Notes: generated from the sequence alone by a model not told the origin. A stretch of DNA of 64,000 nucleotides from Oscillospiraceae bacterium (GCA_017507425.1 JAFWAZ010000197.1:1285-65284), one strand, 5' to 3'. Shown: positions 1 through 9,529, counted from the first letter of the stretch. Program-made: numbers and translations.

Positions 1-267
1 ATGGAGCGCATCCGCACCGGCAGCCTGTATGCAGACCTGTACATCAGCCTGCCCATTGCCATGTTGGCTGGCCGTGTGATCTCCGGCATCGTCAAGGCAC
101 TGATCCTGACCCCCGGCATGAGCTTTTCCGCTTGGGTTGCCGCCAGCTTCGTGACGGCTCTGCCCGGCATTTCCATCCAGCTGATCTTGATTCCCAGCCT
201 GATCGTGGCACTTACCCGGGCCGGACTGATCCCGGCGCGATATCAGCGTGCTGCGCAGTATACCTGA
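1..267 (+). CDS. ECF transporter substrate-specific (S) component, C-terminal part (5' truncated by window)
   Basis: Hydrophobic helices with AMLAGRVI...LPGISIQLILIP.IV motif typical of S-component C-termini. Confidence 0.65.
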   Translation: MERIRTGSLYADLYISLPIAMLAGRVISGIVKALILTPGMSFSAWVAASFVTALPGISIQLILIPSLIVALTRAGLIPARYQRAAQYT

Positions 268-300
268 TTGAAAAGCGGCTCCGTAGGGAGCTGCTTCAGT

Positions 301-364
301 CTGTAGAAAAAGCCTCGCAGAGTTTGCCGCTGACGCGGCAAACTCTGCGAGGCTTTTTCTACAG
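301..364. repeat. Perfect 30-bp inverted repeat (MITE/REP-like palindrome)
   Basis: CTGTAGAAAAAGCCTCGCAGAGTTTGCCGC-tgac-GCGGCAAACTCTGCGAGGCTTTTTCTACAG, between hairpins at 273-296 and 371-392, between convergent genes. Confidence 0.9.
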
Positions 365-395
365 TCTGAGATCCCGGACGTGAGTCCGGGATTAT

Positions 396-1283
396 TTATA
401 TGGTCAACTGATCGGGGCAGGGGAGATTGTTCAGATCCCGCAGGGCTGCAGCTCCGATCTTGACGGCTCCCATCTGCTCCAAAAGATCTGCGCTCTCGCT
501 GCCGTCGTCGAAGACGTACAGGGGCGACCAGCCGAAGCGGAGGTTTTTCACACTGCCGTCCCATGTGCCGCCGGTGCGGAGGGAGCACTGGGCGGCGATG
601 GTAAGCTCGCCGAGGGCGTGGATGCAGCGGTTGCGGCTCAGGGCCCGCTGGGCGGAGAATTCCAGATCGAAGCCCTCTTCGCTGAGGTAGAGGATGCTTC
701 CAGCAGGGACATGATCGGTGAGCCGGTCAGCCAGAATGGAGATGACGCATCCGCCGGCGGCGAGGGCCGCATTCTGGGCGGTGCGGTCGGCACCCCGGGC
801 GTTGCCGGAGATCAGGGCAAAGCCCTGTCCGGCCGCTTCCGCGCCCGTCAGCCGGGCAAAGCGTGCATTGGCCGAGAGCAGATCCCGGCTGCCCACCAAG
901 GCGATGGAGCGGTTTTGCAGCAGACTCAGATCACCCCGGGCCCACAGACAGGCGGGAGCGTCGTCGCCCAAGGCCTTCAGCAGCCGCCGGGGATACAGGG
1001 GGCTCAGGGGAGTCAGGGGCGTGCAGCCATAGTTTGCGGCCTTGGCCAGATACCGGTCAAGGAGCGCCTCCTCGGACAGGAGGGAAAGCATATGGGCTGC
1101 ATCGGCGTGACCGTAGCCCAAGGCGGTCAGATCCCGAAGTTCCAGATCCCGGTCTTCCGAAGGCTTTTCCCCGTCCCGGACCCGCCGGGCCAGCCTGCGC
1201 AGCTGTGGGGCAGTCAGGGGTCTGCGCTCGGGGTTGCCCAGATGGCAGCCCAGCAGCAGGAAGCCCCGCTCGGCCCCGGTCAA
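396..1283 (-). CDS. dprA: DprA/Smf-family DNA-processing protein (non-canonical N-terminus)
   Basis: YPRRL..LG..AP..L..RGD, IALVGSR, ISGNARGAD.TA, ALSRNRCI, GGTW motifs of the DprA Rossmann fold. Confidence 0.8.
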   Translation of the reverse strand: MTGAERGFLLLGCHLGNPERRPLTAPQLRRLARRVRDGEKPSEDRDLELRDLTALGYGHADAAHMLSLLSEEALLDRYLAKAANYGCTPLTPLSPLYPRRLLKALGDDAPACLWARGDLSLLQNRSIALVGSRDLLSANARFARLTGAEAAGQGFALISGNARGADRTAQNAALAAGGCVISILADRLTDHVPAGSILYLSEEGFDLEFSAQRALSRNRCIHALGELTIAAQCSLRTGGTWDGSVKNLRFGWSPLYVFDDGSESADLLEQMGAVKIGAAALRDLNNLPCPDQLTI

Positions 1284-2476
1284 CGGAACCGCCGCCGCTT
1301 CTGGGACGGGGGAGTGGGCTTGACCTCCTCGGGGGTGACGGAACCGTCTTCGCCGAGGATCATGGGCTGGACGGTGAAATTGCAGAATTTGCAGATCTCA
1401 TCCAGCTTGGCTTTCTCGGGGAAGTTGCCGATGATGCTCCATGCGGCGCCCTTGCGCTTGGCGCGGCCGGTACGGCCGATGCGGTGGACGTAGTATTCGT
1501 TCTCGTCGGGAATGTCAAAGTTGATGACGCAGTCCACGTCGTCCACGTCGATGCCGCGGGAGGCAACATCCGTGGCGATCAGGATGGGCAGCTTGCCCTG
1601 ACGGAAGCGGAGCATGGTCTTTTCCCGCTGGGACTGGCGGATGTCGCCGTGGATGCAGTCGCAGTCAAGGCCGGTGCGCTGGAATTCGTCGGACAGACGC
1701 TGGCACATATGCTTGGTGTTGCAGAAAATGATGACCCGCTCAAAGCCCTGAGATTTGATCAGCCGCAGGGTGGTCTCGGCCTTGGCGAGGGGGGAGACGG
1801 TCAGACAGTACTGATCGATGTCGGGGCGGTCCTCCTGCTTGGGTTCCACGGTGATCTCCACCTCATCCCGCTGGTACATCCACTGGACGGTCATGACCTC
1901 CTGAGAGATGGTGGCGGAGAACAGACCCAGATTTTTGCGGTTTTTGACCTTGTCAATGATCCGGGTCACGTCCTTGAAGAAGCCCATGTCCAGCATCCGG
2001 TCGGCCTCGTCGAGAACGACGGTCTGGATCTTGTCCAGACGGATGGTCTTGCGGTTGTAGTGGTCCATCAGCCGTCCGGGGGTGGCGACCACGATCTGGG
2101 GCTTGCGCTCGAGCTGCTTGATCTGTCCGCCGATGCCGGCGCCGCCGTAGAGGACGGCAACCCGGATGTTCTGGAAGTAGGTCAGCAGGCTTCTGAGCTC
2201 GTCGCCGATCTGGATGGCCAGCTCCCGGGTGGGAGCCAGGATCAGACCCTGCACGGCGTCGGAAGCTGCGTCAATGTGCTCGATCATGGGGATGCCGAAG
2301 GCGAAGGTCTTGCCGGTGCCGGTGGGGGCCTTGGCGATGACGTCGCGCCACTGCATGAAATGGGGGATGGCCTCTGCCTGAATGGTGGTGGGCCAGCCGT
2401 AGCCCTTCTGCTCCAGCGCCTTGAGCATGGCGTCGCTCAGGCCGAGGTCGCGGAAGGTAATGTTGCTTTCACTCAT
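1280..2476 (-). CDS. DEAD-box ATP-dependent RNA helicase
   Basis: Q motif PTTIQ, APTGTGKT, PTRELA, TPGRL, DEAD, SAT, HRIGRTGRA; start at 2476 follows a GAGGA RBS. Confidence 0.95.
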   Translation of the reverse strand: MSESNITFRDLGLSDAMLKALEQKGYGWPTTIQAEAIPHFMQWRDVIAKAPTGTGKTFAFGIPMIEHIDAASDAVQGLILAPTRELAIQIGDELRSLLTYFQNIRVAVLYGGAGIGGQIKQLERKPQIVVATPGRLMDHYNRKTIRLDKIQTVVLDEADRMLDMGFFKDVTRIIDKVKNRKNLGLFSATISQEVMTVQWMYQRDEVEITVEPKQEDRPDIDQYCLTVSPLAKAETTLRLIKSQGFERVIIFCNTKHMCQRLSDEFQRTGLDCDCIHGDIRQSQREKTMLRFRQGKLPILIATDVASRGIDVDDVDCVINFDIPDENEYYVHRIGRTGRAKRKGAAWSIIGNFPEKAKLDEICKFCNFTVQPMILGEDGSVTPEEVKPTPPSQKRRRFR

Positions 2477-2656
2477 AATATCGTTCCTCATTTGTCTATA
2501 TGTTCAAATCTAGGATATTCTATCAGCTTTTGCGGAACTTTGCAACCGATTCTGTTGGATTTGTGAAAAATCGGAAAACATCCTATCGCAGGCATGGACA
2601 AACCGGGACGAATGTGGTAAGATTAACATGAAATACTATGGAAAGGTGTGTTTTCC

Positions 2657-3388
2657 GTGAGAATTGACGTGATGGGTGTCGGCTTCGACAACCTGACCAA
2701 ATCTGAATTTACCGCAAAGGCGGAGGATATGCTCCGGAATAAGGAGCGCGGCTATGTGGTGACCCCCAACGCCGAGATCGTTTATGAATCCATCCATGAT
2801 GACGCCTTCCGGGCGCTGCTCAACGACGCCAGCATGGTGCTGCCCGACGGCGCCGGTGTGGTGCTGGGTGCCAAGATTCTGGGCACCCCCATCAAGGAGA
2901 AGGTGGCCGGCATCGAGTTCGGCGAGGAGGTCTGCAAGCTTCTGGCCAAGAACAACGGCCGCCTGTACCTGCTGGGCAGTAAGCCCGGCATCGCCAACGC
3001 CGCCGGTGAAAAGCTGGCCCAGAAGTACCCCGGTCTGGTCATCTGCGGCACTGCCGACGGCTACTTCAAGGATGAGAAGGCTGTGATCGAAAAGATCAAC
3101 GAGGCGAAGCCCGATGTGCTCTTTGTCTGCCTTGGCGCCCCCAAGCAGGAGAAATTCATCAAGGAGCATTTCGACGAGCTGGACGTGACGCTGATGCTGG
3201 GTCTGGGCGGCAGTCTGGACGGCTACGCCGGCGTTGCCCAGCGTGCCCCCAAGTGGATGATCGATCTGAGCCTTGAGTGGCTGTACCGGCTGATGAAGGA
3301 GCCCAAGCGTCTGGGCCGCATGATGCGCCTGCCCAAGTTCGTGGCCATCTGCACCGGCGAGAAGCTGCGGAGGAAGCGTAATGGGTAA
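2657..3388 (+). CDS. tagA: WecB/TagA/CpsF family glycosyltransferase (GT26)
   Basis: VVTPNAE, PDGAGVV, LGAPKQE, GLGGSLD, RAPKWM..LSLEWLYRL motifs; GTG start after GAAAGG. Confidence 0.9.
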   Translation: MRIDVMGVGFDNLTKSEFTAKAEDMLRNKERGYVVTPNAEIVYESIHDDAFRALLNDASMVLPDGAGVVLGAKILGTPIKEKVAGIEFGEEVCKLLAKNNGRLYLLGSKPGIANAAGEKLAQKYPGLVICGTADGYFKDEKAVIEKINEAKPDVLFVCLGAPKQEKFIKEHFDELDVTLMLGLGGSLDGYAGVAQRAPKWMIDLSLEWLYRLMKEPKRLGRMMRLPKFVAICTGEKLRRKRNG

Positions 3389-4049
3389 GCTCATCGTCAT
3401 CGAGGGCACCGACGGCTCCGGCAAGTCTACCCAGTTCCGTTTGCTGACGGAGGCTGTTGCGAAGGACGGCCGGGAATTTCAGAAGCTGGTCTTTCCGCAG
3501 TATAAAGAGGAGAGCTCCGCGCTGATCCGCATGTATCTGGGCGGTCAGTTCGGCTCCAGTCCCTCGGATGTCAATGCCTACGCGGCATCTGCCTTTTATG
3601 CCGTTGACCGCTACGCCTCCTATAAAAAGGTCTGGGGAGATTGGTATGAGCAGGGCGGACTGGTGCTCTCCGACCGGTACACCACCTCCAACGCCGTCCA
3701 TCAGGCATCCAAGGAGCCGGAGGAGAAGCGGGGGGAGTTCCTGCGCTGGCTGTATGAATTCGAGTATGACCGGCTGGGCCTGCCCAAGCCGGATCTGACG
3801 ATCTATCTCGATGTGCCCACCAAATACACCGAGCAGCTCATGCGCTCGAGGGAAGCTGCCACCGGCACCACCGCGGACATCCACGAGAAGGATCTTGACT
3901 ATTTGGCTGTCTGCCGGGAGACGGGCCGCTTTGCCGCGAAGTATTACGGCTGGACGGTCATCGACTGCGTCCGGGATGGAGCCATGCGCACCATTGAGGA
4001 CATTCACGGGGAGATCATGGCCCGGGTCCGGGCCTGTCTGGAGGAATAA
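3381..4049 (+). CDS. tmk: Thymidylate kinase
   Basis: IVIEGTDGSGKSTQ P-loop, DRY motif, LPKPDLTIYLD. Confidence 0.9.
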   Translation: MGKLIVIEGTDGSGKSTQFRLLTEAVAKDGREFQKLVFPQYKEESSALIRMYLGGQFGSSPSDVNAYAASAFYAVDRYASYKKVWGDWYEQGGLVLSDRYTTSNAVHQASKEPEEKRGEFLRWLYEFEYDRLGLPKPDLTIYLDVPTKYTEQLMRSREAATGTTADIHEKDLDYLAVCRETGRFAAKYYGWTVIDCVRDGAMRTIEDIHGEIMARVRACLEE

Positions 4050-4051
4050 GT

Positions 4052-4594
4052 ATGGTTTATGTACTGCTTGGAACGGGCTTTGAGGAGATCGAGGCCCTGA
4101 CCCCTGTGGATCTGCTGCGCCGGGCCGGCGCGGAGGTCCGGACTGTGGGTCTGAACGGTAAAATCGTATACGGCAGCCACGCCATCGGTGTGGAGGCAGA
4201 TATGGTGATCGACGATCTGGACATCTCGGACGCTGAGATGATCGTGCTCCCCGGCGGACTGGGCGGCGTCGCCTCCATCCGGGGCTGCACCAAGGCGCTG
4301 GAGGCCGTCAGAGCTGTCCACGCTGCCGGTAAATTCGTTGCCGCCATCTGTGCCGGTCCTACGGTGCTGGCGGATCTGGGACTGCTGACCGGCGTGCAGG
4401 CCACCTGCTACCCCGGCCAGATCTCCAACATGGGCGACGCGGTCATCGTGCCCGGCGCCGCCTGCGTCACCGATGGGAAAATCATCACCGGCACCTCTGC
4501 CGGTACTGCGACTCCCTTTGCTCTGGCTCTGATCGAAGCTCTGAAGGGCTCCGATGCTGCCCGGGCCATCGCGGATCAGATCGTGATCCGCTGA
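4052..4594 (+). CDS. DJ-1/PfpI (ThiJ/YajL) family protein
   Basis: GFEEIEA, LPGG, AAICAGP catalytic Cys, ATCYPG. Confidence 0.92.
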   Translation: MVYVLLGTGFEEIEALTPVDLLRRAGAEVRTVGLNGKIVYGSHAIGVEADMVIDDLDISDAEMIVLPGGLGGVASIRGCTKALEAVRAVHAAGKFVAAICAGPTVLADLGLLTGVQATCYPGQISNMGDAVIVPGAACVTDGKIITGTSAGTATPFALALIEALKGSDAARAIADQIVIR

Positions 4595-4612
4595 TCCTGA
4601 AAGGAGGATACT

Positions 4613-5938
4613 ATGGACGAAAACAACATGAATCAGCAGCCTGAGGAATTTCAGGATCAGGACTTCCGGGATGCCTTCGGCGATGGCGAGGGTCTGAAGG
4701 CCGCCTTCGAGCCGGAACAGGCGGAGCAGCCTGAAGCGGAGCAGCCTGGAGCGGAGAAAAAGCCCGAAGCGGAGAAAAAGCCTGCCCGCAAGGGCCGTCC
4801 TGCCCGGAAAAAGGGCTACGGACTGCTGGGCATCCCCCACATTCTGGCAACTGCCGTCTGGCTGGCCATCATTCTGTGGGTCGGCGTGAGTCTGGGCCGG
4901 GTCATCTGGGTCTGTGCCACCGACGTTCTGGCCTTTGGCCGGGAGGAGCAGATCGTATCCGTCACCATCGAGGAGACGGACACCCTCGACGATGTGGCCC
5001 ACAAGCTGCAGGAGGCCGGTCTGATCCGGTACCCCGAGCTGTTCAAGGCCTACGGCACCCTGACCTCCGCCCGTGAGGACATCTCTGCCGGTACCTTCAG
5101 CCTGAATACCATCTACGACTACATGGCGCTGGTCAATCACATGGCCTCCTACTCGTCTTCCCGCGAGGTGGTGAAGGTCACCATCCCCGAGGGCTACACC
5201 TGCGAGCAGATGTTCCAGCTTCTGGAGGAGAAGGGCGTGTGCAAGGCTGAGTATCTGCGCGAGCATGCCGCCAACGGTGAGCTGGACAGCTACTGGTTCC
5301 TGGAGGGTGTGGAGCGGGGTACTCCCAACTGTCTGGAGGGCTTCCTGTTCCCCGATACCTACCAGTTCTATACCAATGACTCCGCGGCCAACGTCATCGA
5401 GAAGCTCCTCGACGGTTTTGACTACCGCTTCTCTGAGGACCATCGGGCCGCCATTGACACCCTGAATATCAAGCTGGCCGCCATGATGGAGGCCAACGGC
5501 TACGACAGCGTCTTCATTGAAGAGCACAAGTTTGATATCCGCAAGGTCATCACGGTGGCTTCCCTCATCGAGGAGGAGACTGCCAACTCCGACGAGAGCT
5601 ACAAGATCGCTTCCGTCATCTACAACCGACTGACCAATCTGAAGGAATATCCCTACCTGAACATCGACGCAACCCTGATGTACGTTCTGGGCCACAAGGA
5701 GGCTCTGACTGCGGAGGATCTGAACTACGACAGCCCCTACAATACCAACATTTACAAGGGTCTGATCCCCGGTCCCATCTCCAATCCCGGTCTGAACTCT
5801 ATCAACGCCGCCCTGAACCCCGACAACACGGACTACCACTACTATGTGCTCGACACCAAGTCCGAGGAGCGGGAGCATCACTTCTCCAAGACTTATGATG
5901 AGCATGTGAACTTCATCAACAGTCTCAAGGAGGGCTAA
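4613..5938 (+). CDS. mltG: Endolytic transglycosylase MltG
   Basis: Single TM helix, VTIPEGY, LEGFLFPDTY, ASLIEEE, SPYNT...GL.PGPISNPG. Confidence 0.93.
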   Translation: MDENNMNQQPEEFQDQDFRDAFGDGEGLKAAFEPEQAEQPEAEQPGAEKKPEAEKKPARKGRPARKKGYGLLGIPHILATAVWLAIILWVGVSLGRVIWVCATDVLAFGREEQIVSVTIEETDTLDDVAHKLQEAGLIRYPELFKAYGTLTSAREDISAGTFSLNTIYDYMALVNHMASYSSSREVVKVTIPEGYTCEQMFQLLEEKGVCKAEYLREHAANGELDSYWFLEGVERGTPNCLEGFLFPDTYQFYTNDSAANVIEKLLDGFDYRFSEDHRAAIDTLNIKLAAMMEANGYDSVFIEEHKFDIRKVITVASLIEEETANSDESYKIASVIYNRLTNLKEYPYLNIDATLMYVLGHKEALTAEDLNYDSPYNTNIYKGLIPGPISNPGLNSINAALNPDNTDYHYYVLDTKSEEREHHFSKTYDEHVNFINSLKEG

Positions 5939-7155
5939 TGGCGAAACTGGAATTACTCAGCCCCGCTGGTGACATGGAGCGGCTGGAGATGGCGGTGCGC
6001 TACGGCGCAGATGCGGTGTATCTGGCCGGTACCAGCTTCGGCATGCGCTCCTTTGCAGGTAATTTTAACGACGAGGAGCTGCCCAAGGCGGTGCAGTTCG
6101 CCCATGACCACGGCGTCAAGGTCCACGCCACGGTGAATACCATGCCCCGCAACGACGAGGTTGCCAATCTCCCCGCCCATCTGGAAAAGCTGCAGGCGGC
6201 GGGGGTGGATGCGCTGATTCTGGCGGATCTGGGCGCCTTTACGCTGGCGGGCAGGTATGCACCCAAGTGTGAGCGCCATATCTCCACCCAGCAGTCCATC
6301 GCCAATTATGAATGCGCACAGGCATGGTTTGACCTCGGCGCCAAGCGGGTGGTGCTGGCGAGAGAGTGCTCCCTGCCTGAAATTGCGGAGATCCGCCGCA
6401 GGACCGATCCTCGGCTTGAGATCGAGACCTTCGGCCACGGCGCCATGTGCGTCAGCTACTCCGGCCGGTGCCTGCTCAGCAACTATATGACCGGGCGGGA
6501 CAGCAACCGGGGCGAATGCGCTCAGCCCTGCCGGTATCAGTATGCGCTGATGGAGGAGAAGCGGCCCGGAGAATATTTCCCCGTATTCGAGGACAATCAG
6601 GGTACCTACATCCTCAACTCCCGGGATATGTGCATGATCGACCACATTCAGGACATCATGGATGCGGGCGTGGACTGCATCAAGATTGAGGGCCGGGCCA
6701 AGTCCGCCTACTACGCTGCCATCGTCACGGGCGCCTACCGCCACGTCATCGACGACCTGTGCGCCGGGCGGCCCGTGGATCCCGTCTGGCGGGACGAGGT
6801 GGAGCATGTGAGCCACCGCATTTACTCCACCGGCTTCTACTATGGCTACCCGGGCCAGTACACGAAAAACTCCAGATATATCCGGGAATGGCAGATCTGC
6901 GCCATTGTCGAATCCTGCGATGAAAAGGGTCTGGCTACCTGCTCTCTGCGCAATAAATTCCGCAGGGGAGATGCTCTGGAGCTCGTGGGCCCCGACACCC
7001 GGCCCTTTGCCTTCACGGCAGGGGAAATGTGGGATGGGGAAAATGTTCCCTTGAAGGAGCCCAAGAAGCCCGAGATGATCTTTACCATCCAGCTTGAAAA
7101 GCAGGTCCCCGCCAAGTCCGTCATCCGACGGGCCGTGGATCTGTCCGCAAAATAA
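5938..7155 (+). CDS. Peptidase U32 family protein (tRNA hydroxylation-type)
   Basis: ELLSPAG, GADAVY, HGAMCVSYSGRCLLS, NRGECAQPCR, KIEGRAKS. Confidence 0.92.
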   Translation: MAKLELLSPAGDMERLEMAVRYGADAVYLAGTSFGMRSFAGNFNDEELPKAVQFAHDHGVKVHATVNTMPRNDEVANLPAHLEKLQAAGVDALILADLGAFTLAGRYAPKCERHISTQQSIANYECAQAWFDLGAKRVVLARECSLPEIAEIRRRTDPRLEIETFGHGAMCVSYSGRCLLSNYMTGRDSNRGECAQPCRYQYALMEEKRPGEYFPVFEDNQGTYILNSRDMCMIDHIQDIMDAGVDCIKIEGRAKSAYYAAIVTGAYRHVIDDLCAGRPVDPVWRDEVEHVSHRIYSTGFYYGYPGQYTKNSRYIREWQICAIVESCDEKGLATCSLRNKFRRGDALELVGPDTRPFAFTAGEMWDGENVPLKEPKKPEMIFTIQLEKQVPAKSVIRRAVDLSAK

Positions 7156-7159
7156 ATGC

Positions 7160-7187
7160 AGACCGCCGGGATTCTCGGCGGTCTTTT
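7160..7187 (+). terminator. Rho-independent terminator
   Basis: AGACCGCCGG/CTCGGCGGTCT stem followed by T-tract just after the U32 stop codon. Confidence 0.75.
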
Positions 7188-7256
7188 GCATTGGGAAATT
7201 GTAATTTCTTCCGGCATGTGATATGATGGGGAAAAAGAGGGAAATGAGGTCTTCTT

Positions 7257-8186
7257 ATGGAACAGATTCTGAGAATTGCCCAAATCGTTGTGCCGATCCT
7301 GACGGCGGTGGTGCTGGGCATGCTCGCCCGGCGCAAAGAGCTGCTTTCCGAGCAGGATGTTCAGGGCATGCAGCAGTTCGTCATGAAGTTCGGTCTGCCA
7401 TGCGTCATCTTCAATTCCTGTCTGACCGCGGACATCGGCGCCGAATCCCTGAGCAGCATGGCGCTGATCCTTCCATCGGTGCTGCTGGGTACCCTTTGGG
7501 CCTTCCGGGCCCGGAAGGCGAAGTATCCGTATCACAATCTGCCCCAGCTGTTCTGCGCGCAGGAGACGGGTATGCTGGGCATCCCTCTGTTTCTGATCCT
7601 CTTCGGTGCGGATCAGGCCTACCGGATGGGTGTGCTGGACATTGCGCAGGCACTGACTGCCCATCCCACCATTGCCATTCTCGCCGCTGCGACCGAGGAG
7701 AATCCCTCCGCCCGTTCGGTTGTGAAGAAGGTTTTGACCTCTCCGCTGGTGATCATGGCCCTGTTGGGTCTGACCCTGAACTTCACCGGTGCGGCAGAGC
7801 TGCTGGACGAAGCGGGGATCCTGAAGGTTCTGACGGAGTCCACGGGTTTTCTGGGCCAGCCTGTCAGTGCGCTGATGATCTTCGCCGTGGGCTATAATTT
7901 CTCCATGGACAGGGAGAGCCGTGGGGTCATTTTCCGTCTGTCTGTGGGACATTTTCTGTACTTTGCCCTGTGGGGTGCGGTGATTCAGGGAATTCTGTTC
8001 CTGATCCCCGGTGTGGACGCCATGACCCGATGGGCGATGCTCCTCTATACCGCTCTTCCGGCATCCTATCTGGCCCCCACGCTGGGCCGGTCGAGGGAGG
8101 ACTACACCGTGGCGTCCGGCGTCTGCTCTGTGCTGACCATCCCGGCCCTGCTGGTGTTCTGCATTATTGCCGCATTCGTATCCTGA
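7257..8186 (+). CDS. AEC (auxin efflux carrier)-family membrane transporter
   Basis: About 10 TM helices; FVMKFGLPCVIF, GMLGIPL, SPLVIM, LPAS motifs. Confidence 0.8.
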   Translation: MEQILRIAQIVVPILTAVVLGMLARRKELLSEQDVQGMQQFVMKFGLPCVIFNSCLTADIGAESLSSMALILPSVLLGTLWAFRARKAKYPYHNLPQLFCAQETGMLGIPLFLILFGADQAYRMGVLDIAQALTAHPTIAILAAATEENPSARSVVKKVLTSPLVIMALLGLTLNFTGAAELLDEAGILKVLTESTGFLGQPVSALMIFAVGYNFSMDRESRGVIFRLSVGHFLYFALWGAVIQGILFLIPGVDAMTRWAMLLYTALPASYLAPTLGRSREDYTVASGVCSVLTIPALLVFCIIAAFVS

Positions 8187-8190
8187 ATAC

Positions 8191-8443
8191 AAAGCCCGCC
8201 GGAATTTCCGGCGGGTTTTACATTGTACAAAATGCCTCGCAGAGTTTGCCGCTTTGGCGGCAAAAAAACGAAATCATTTTCTGTCGGGGCGTGTACCTGA
8301 CAGAAAATACTTCTCAGGCTGCAAGTGTGGAATTTGTCTGCCACAGGCAGATAAATTATGCGCGCAGCAGACTGCAAAAACTGCCGAAAAAAGGCCGGAG
8401 GCCTTTTTCGGCATGCTTAAAGCCCGCCGGAATTTCCGGCGGG
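8191..8443. mobile_element. Putative non-autonomous insertion (MITE-like, ~200 bp) flanked by a 25-bp direct repeat of a terminator hairpin
   Basis: AAAGCCCGCCGGAATTTCCGGCGGG at 8191-8215 and 8419-8443; internal stem-loops; 20 bp (GCCTCGCAGAGTTTGCCGCT, 8234-8253) identical to 312-331. Confidence 0.6.
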
Positions 8444-8468
8444 CTTTTGCGTATACTACCATCGGGTG

Positions 8469-8945
8469 ATGGAAATGAAACGAAATTGGAAAACATACCT
8501 TTTCTGGATCGCTCTGGCGGAGGGTGTGGGCGCACTCTCGGGCTTTCTGACCCGGGAGGGTACCCAATGGTATCAGGAATTTGCGGTGAAGCCCATGCTT
8601 TCTCCGCCGGGATGGGTATTCCCGGTGGTCTGGGGCATTCTATACGCCCTCATGGGCATTGGTGCGGCCCGGGTGAGCCTGACGCCGCCGAGCTATGCCC
8701 GTTCGCTGGGGCTGAATCTCTTTGTCAGTCAGCTGACCGTCAATTTCTTCTGGAGCCTGATCTTCTTCAACCTTCGCGCCTACGGCTTCGCACTGGTATG
8801 GCTGGGGCTGTTGTGGGTGCTGATCGTGTGGATGACGCTTGCCTTCCGTCAGACGGATAAAATCGCGGCATGGCTGCAGATTCCCTATATTCTCTGGGTC
8901 AGCTTCGCGGCCTATCTGAACTGGGGCACGTGGGTGCTGAACTGA
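8469..8945 (+). CDS. tspO: TspO/MBR family tryptophan-rich sensory protein
   Basis: WY...VKP..SPPGWVFPVVWGILY.LMG, QLTVNFFWSLIFF, IPYILWVSFAAYLN. Confidence 0.93.
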   Translation: MEMKRNWKTYLFWIALAEGVGALSGFLTREGTQWYQEFAVKPMLSPPGWVFPVVWGILYALMGIGAARVSLTPPSYARSLGLNLFVSQLTVNFFWSLIFFNLRAYGFALVWLGLLWVLIVWMTLAFRQTDKIAAWLQIPYILWVSFAAYLNWGTWVLN

Positions 8946-8965
8946 GCTGCGATGCACCGGAGCAC

Positions 8966-9529
8966 TCAGCGCAGGATGACGGAATATCCTGCGTCAGCGC
9001 TCTGACGGTGAAGGCTGTCCCTGTAACGGAAACTGATCAGGAAAGAGAACATGGCTGCTGCAAATATGCACGAGGGGGGACCGCCGTTTGCCCATATGCA
9101 GATCAGCGCTTCCCATGCGGCGAAGAAACCCGCCACGGCGGCCTTTCCGGTTGTGAACAGCAGGAGCCAAAAGACAAGAAGCGGGAAAAACAGCACCGCG
9201 GCAGATTGATCTCCGAAGACCCACAGAGCCAGCAGAAAGCCAAAGAATGCGCAGACACCCCTGCCGCCCCGGAACCGGGCGAAGAGGGGATAGCAGTGGC
9301 CCAGTGCCGCGGCAAGACCGGCGCAGCCGACTGCCCAGAAGTGGCCGCCGGCCTGGTTCGCAAGGTAGGTGGCAAGGGTCACTTTCATCGTGTCCAGAGA
9401 GCTGGCGAAGATGACGGCCTCCAGAGGAGGCTTCTCACAGCCATGCTTATGAAAGTAAGACTCCATCCAATGGGTAAAGGGGATGGATCCGATCAGATAT
9501 CCGACCAGAGAAATAACGAACAATTCCAT
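8966..9529 (-). CDS. PlsY-like glycerol-3-phosphate acyltransferase (divergent)
   Basis: YLIGSIPF, LDTMK, GHCYPLFARFRGGRGV present; other catalytic motifs are degenerate. Confidence 0.7.
   Translation of the reverse strand: MELFVISLVGYLIGSIPFTHWMESYFHKHGCEKPPLEAVIFASSLDTMKVTLATYLANQAGGHFWAVGCAGLAAALGHCYPLFARFRGGRGVCAFFGFLLALWVFGDQSAAVLFFPLLVFWLLLFTTGKAAVAGFFAAWEALICIWANGGPPSCIFAAAMFSFLISFRYRDSLHRQSADAGYSVILR

Noticed and set aside
4715-4810. Short repeats (AEQPE/AEKKP) in mltG
   Set aside because: Ordinary low-complexity cytoplasmic N-terminus.
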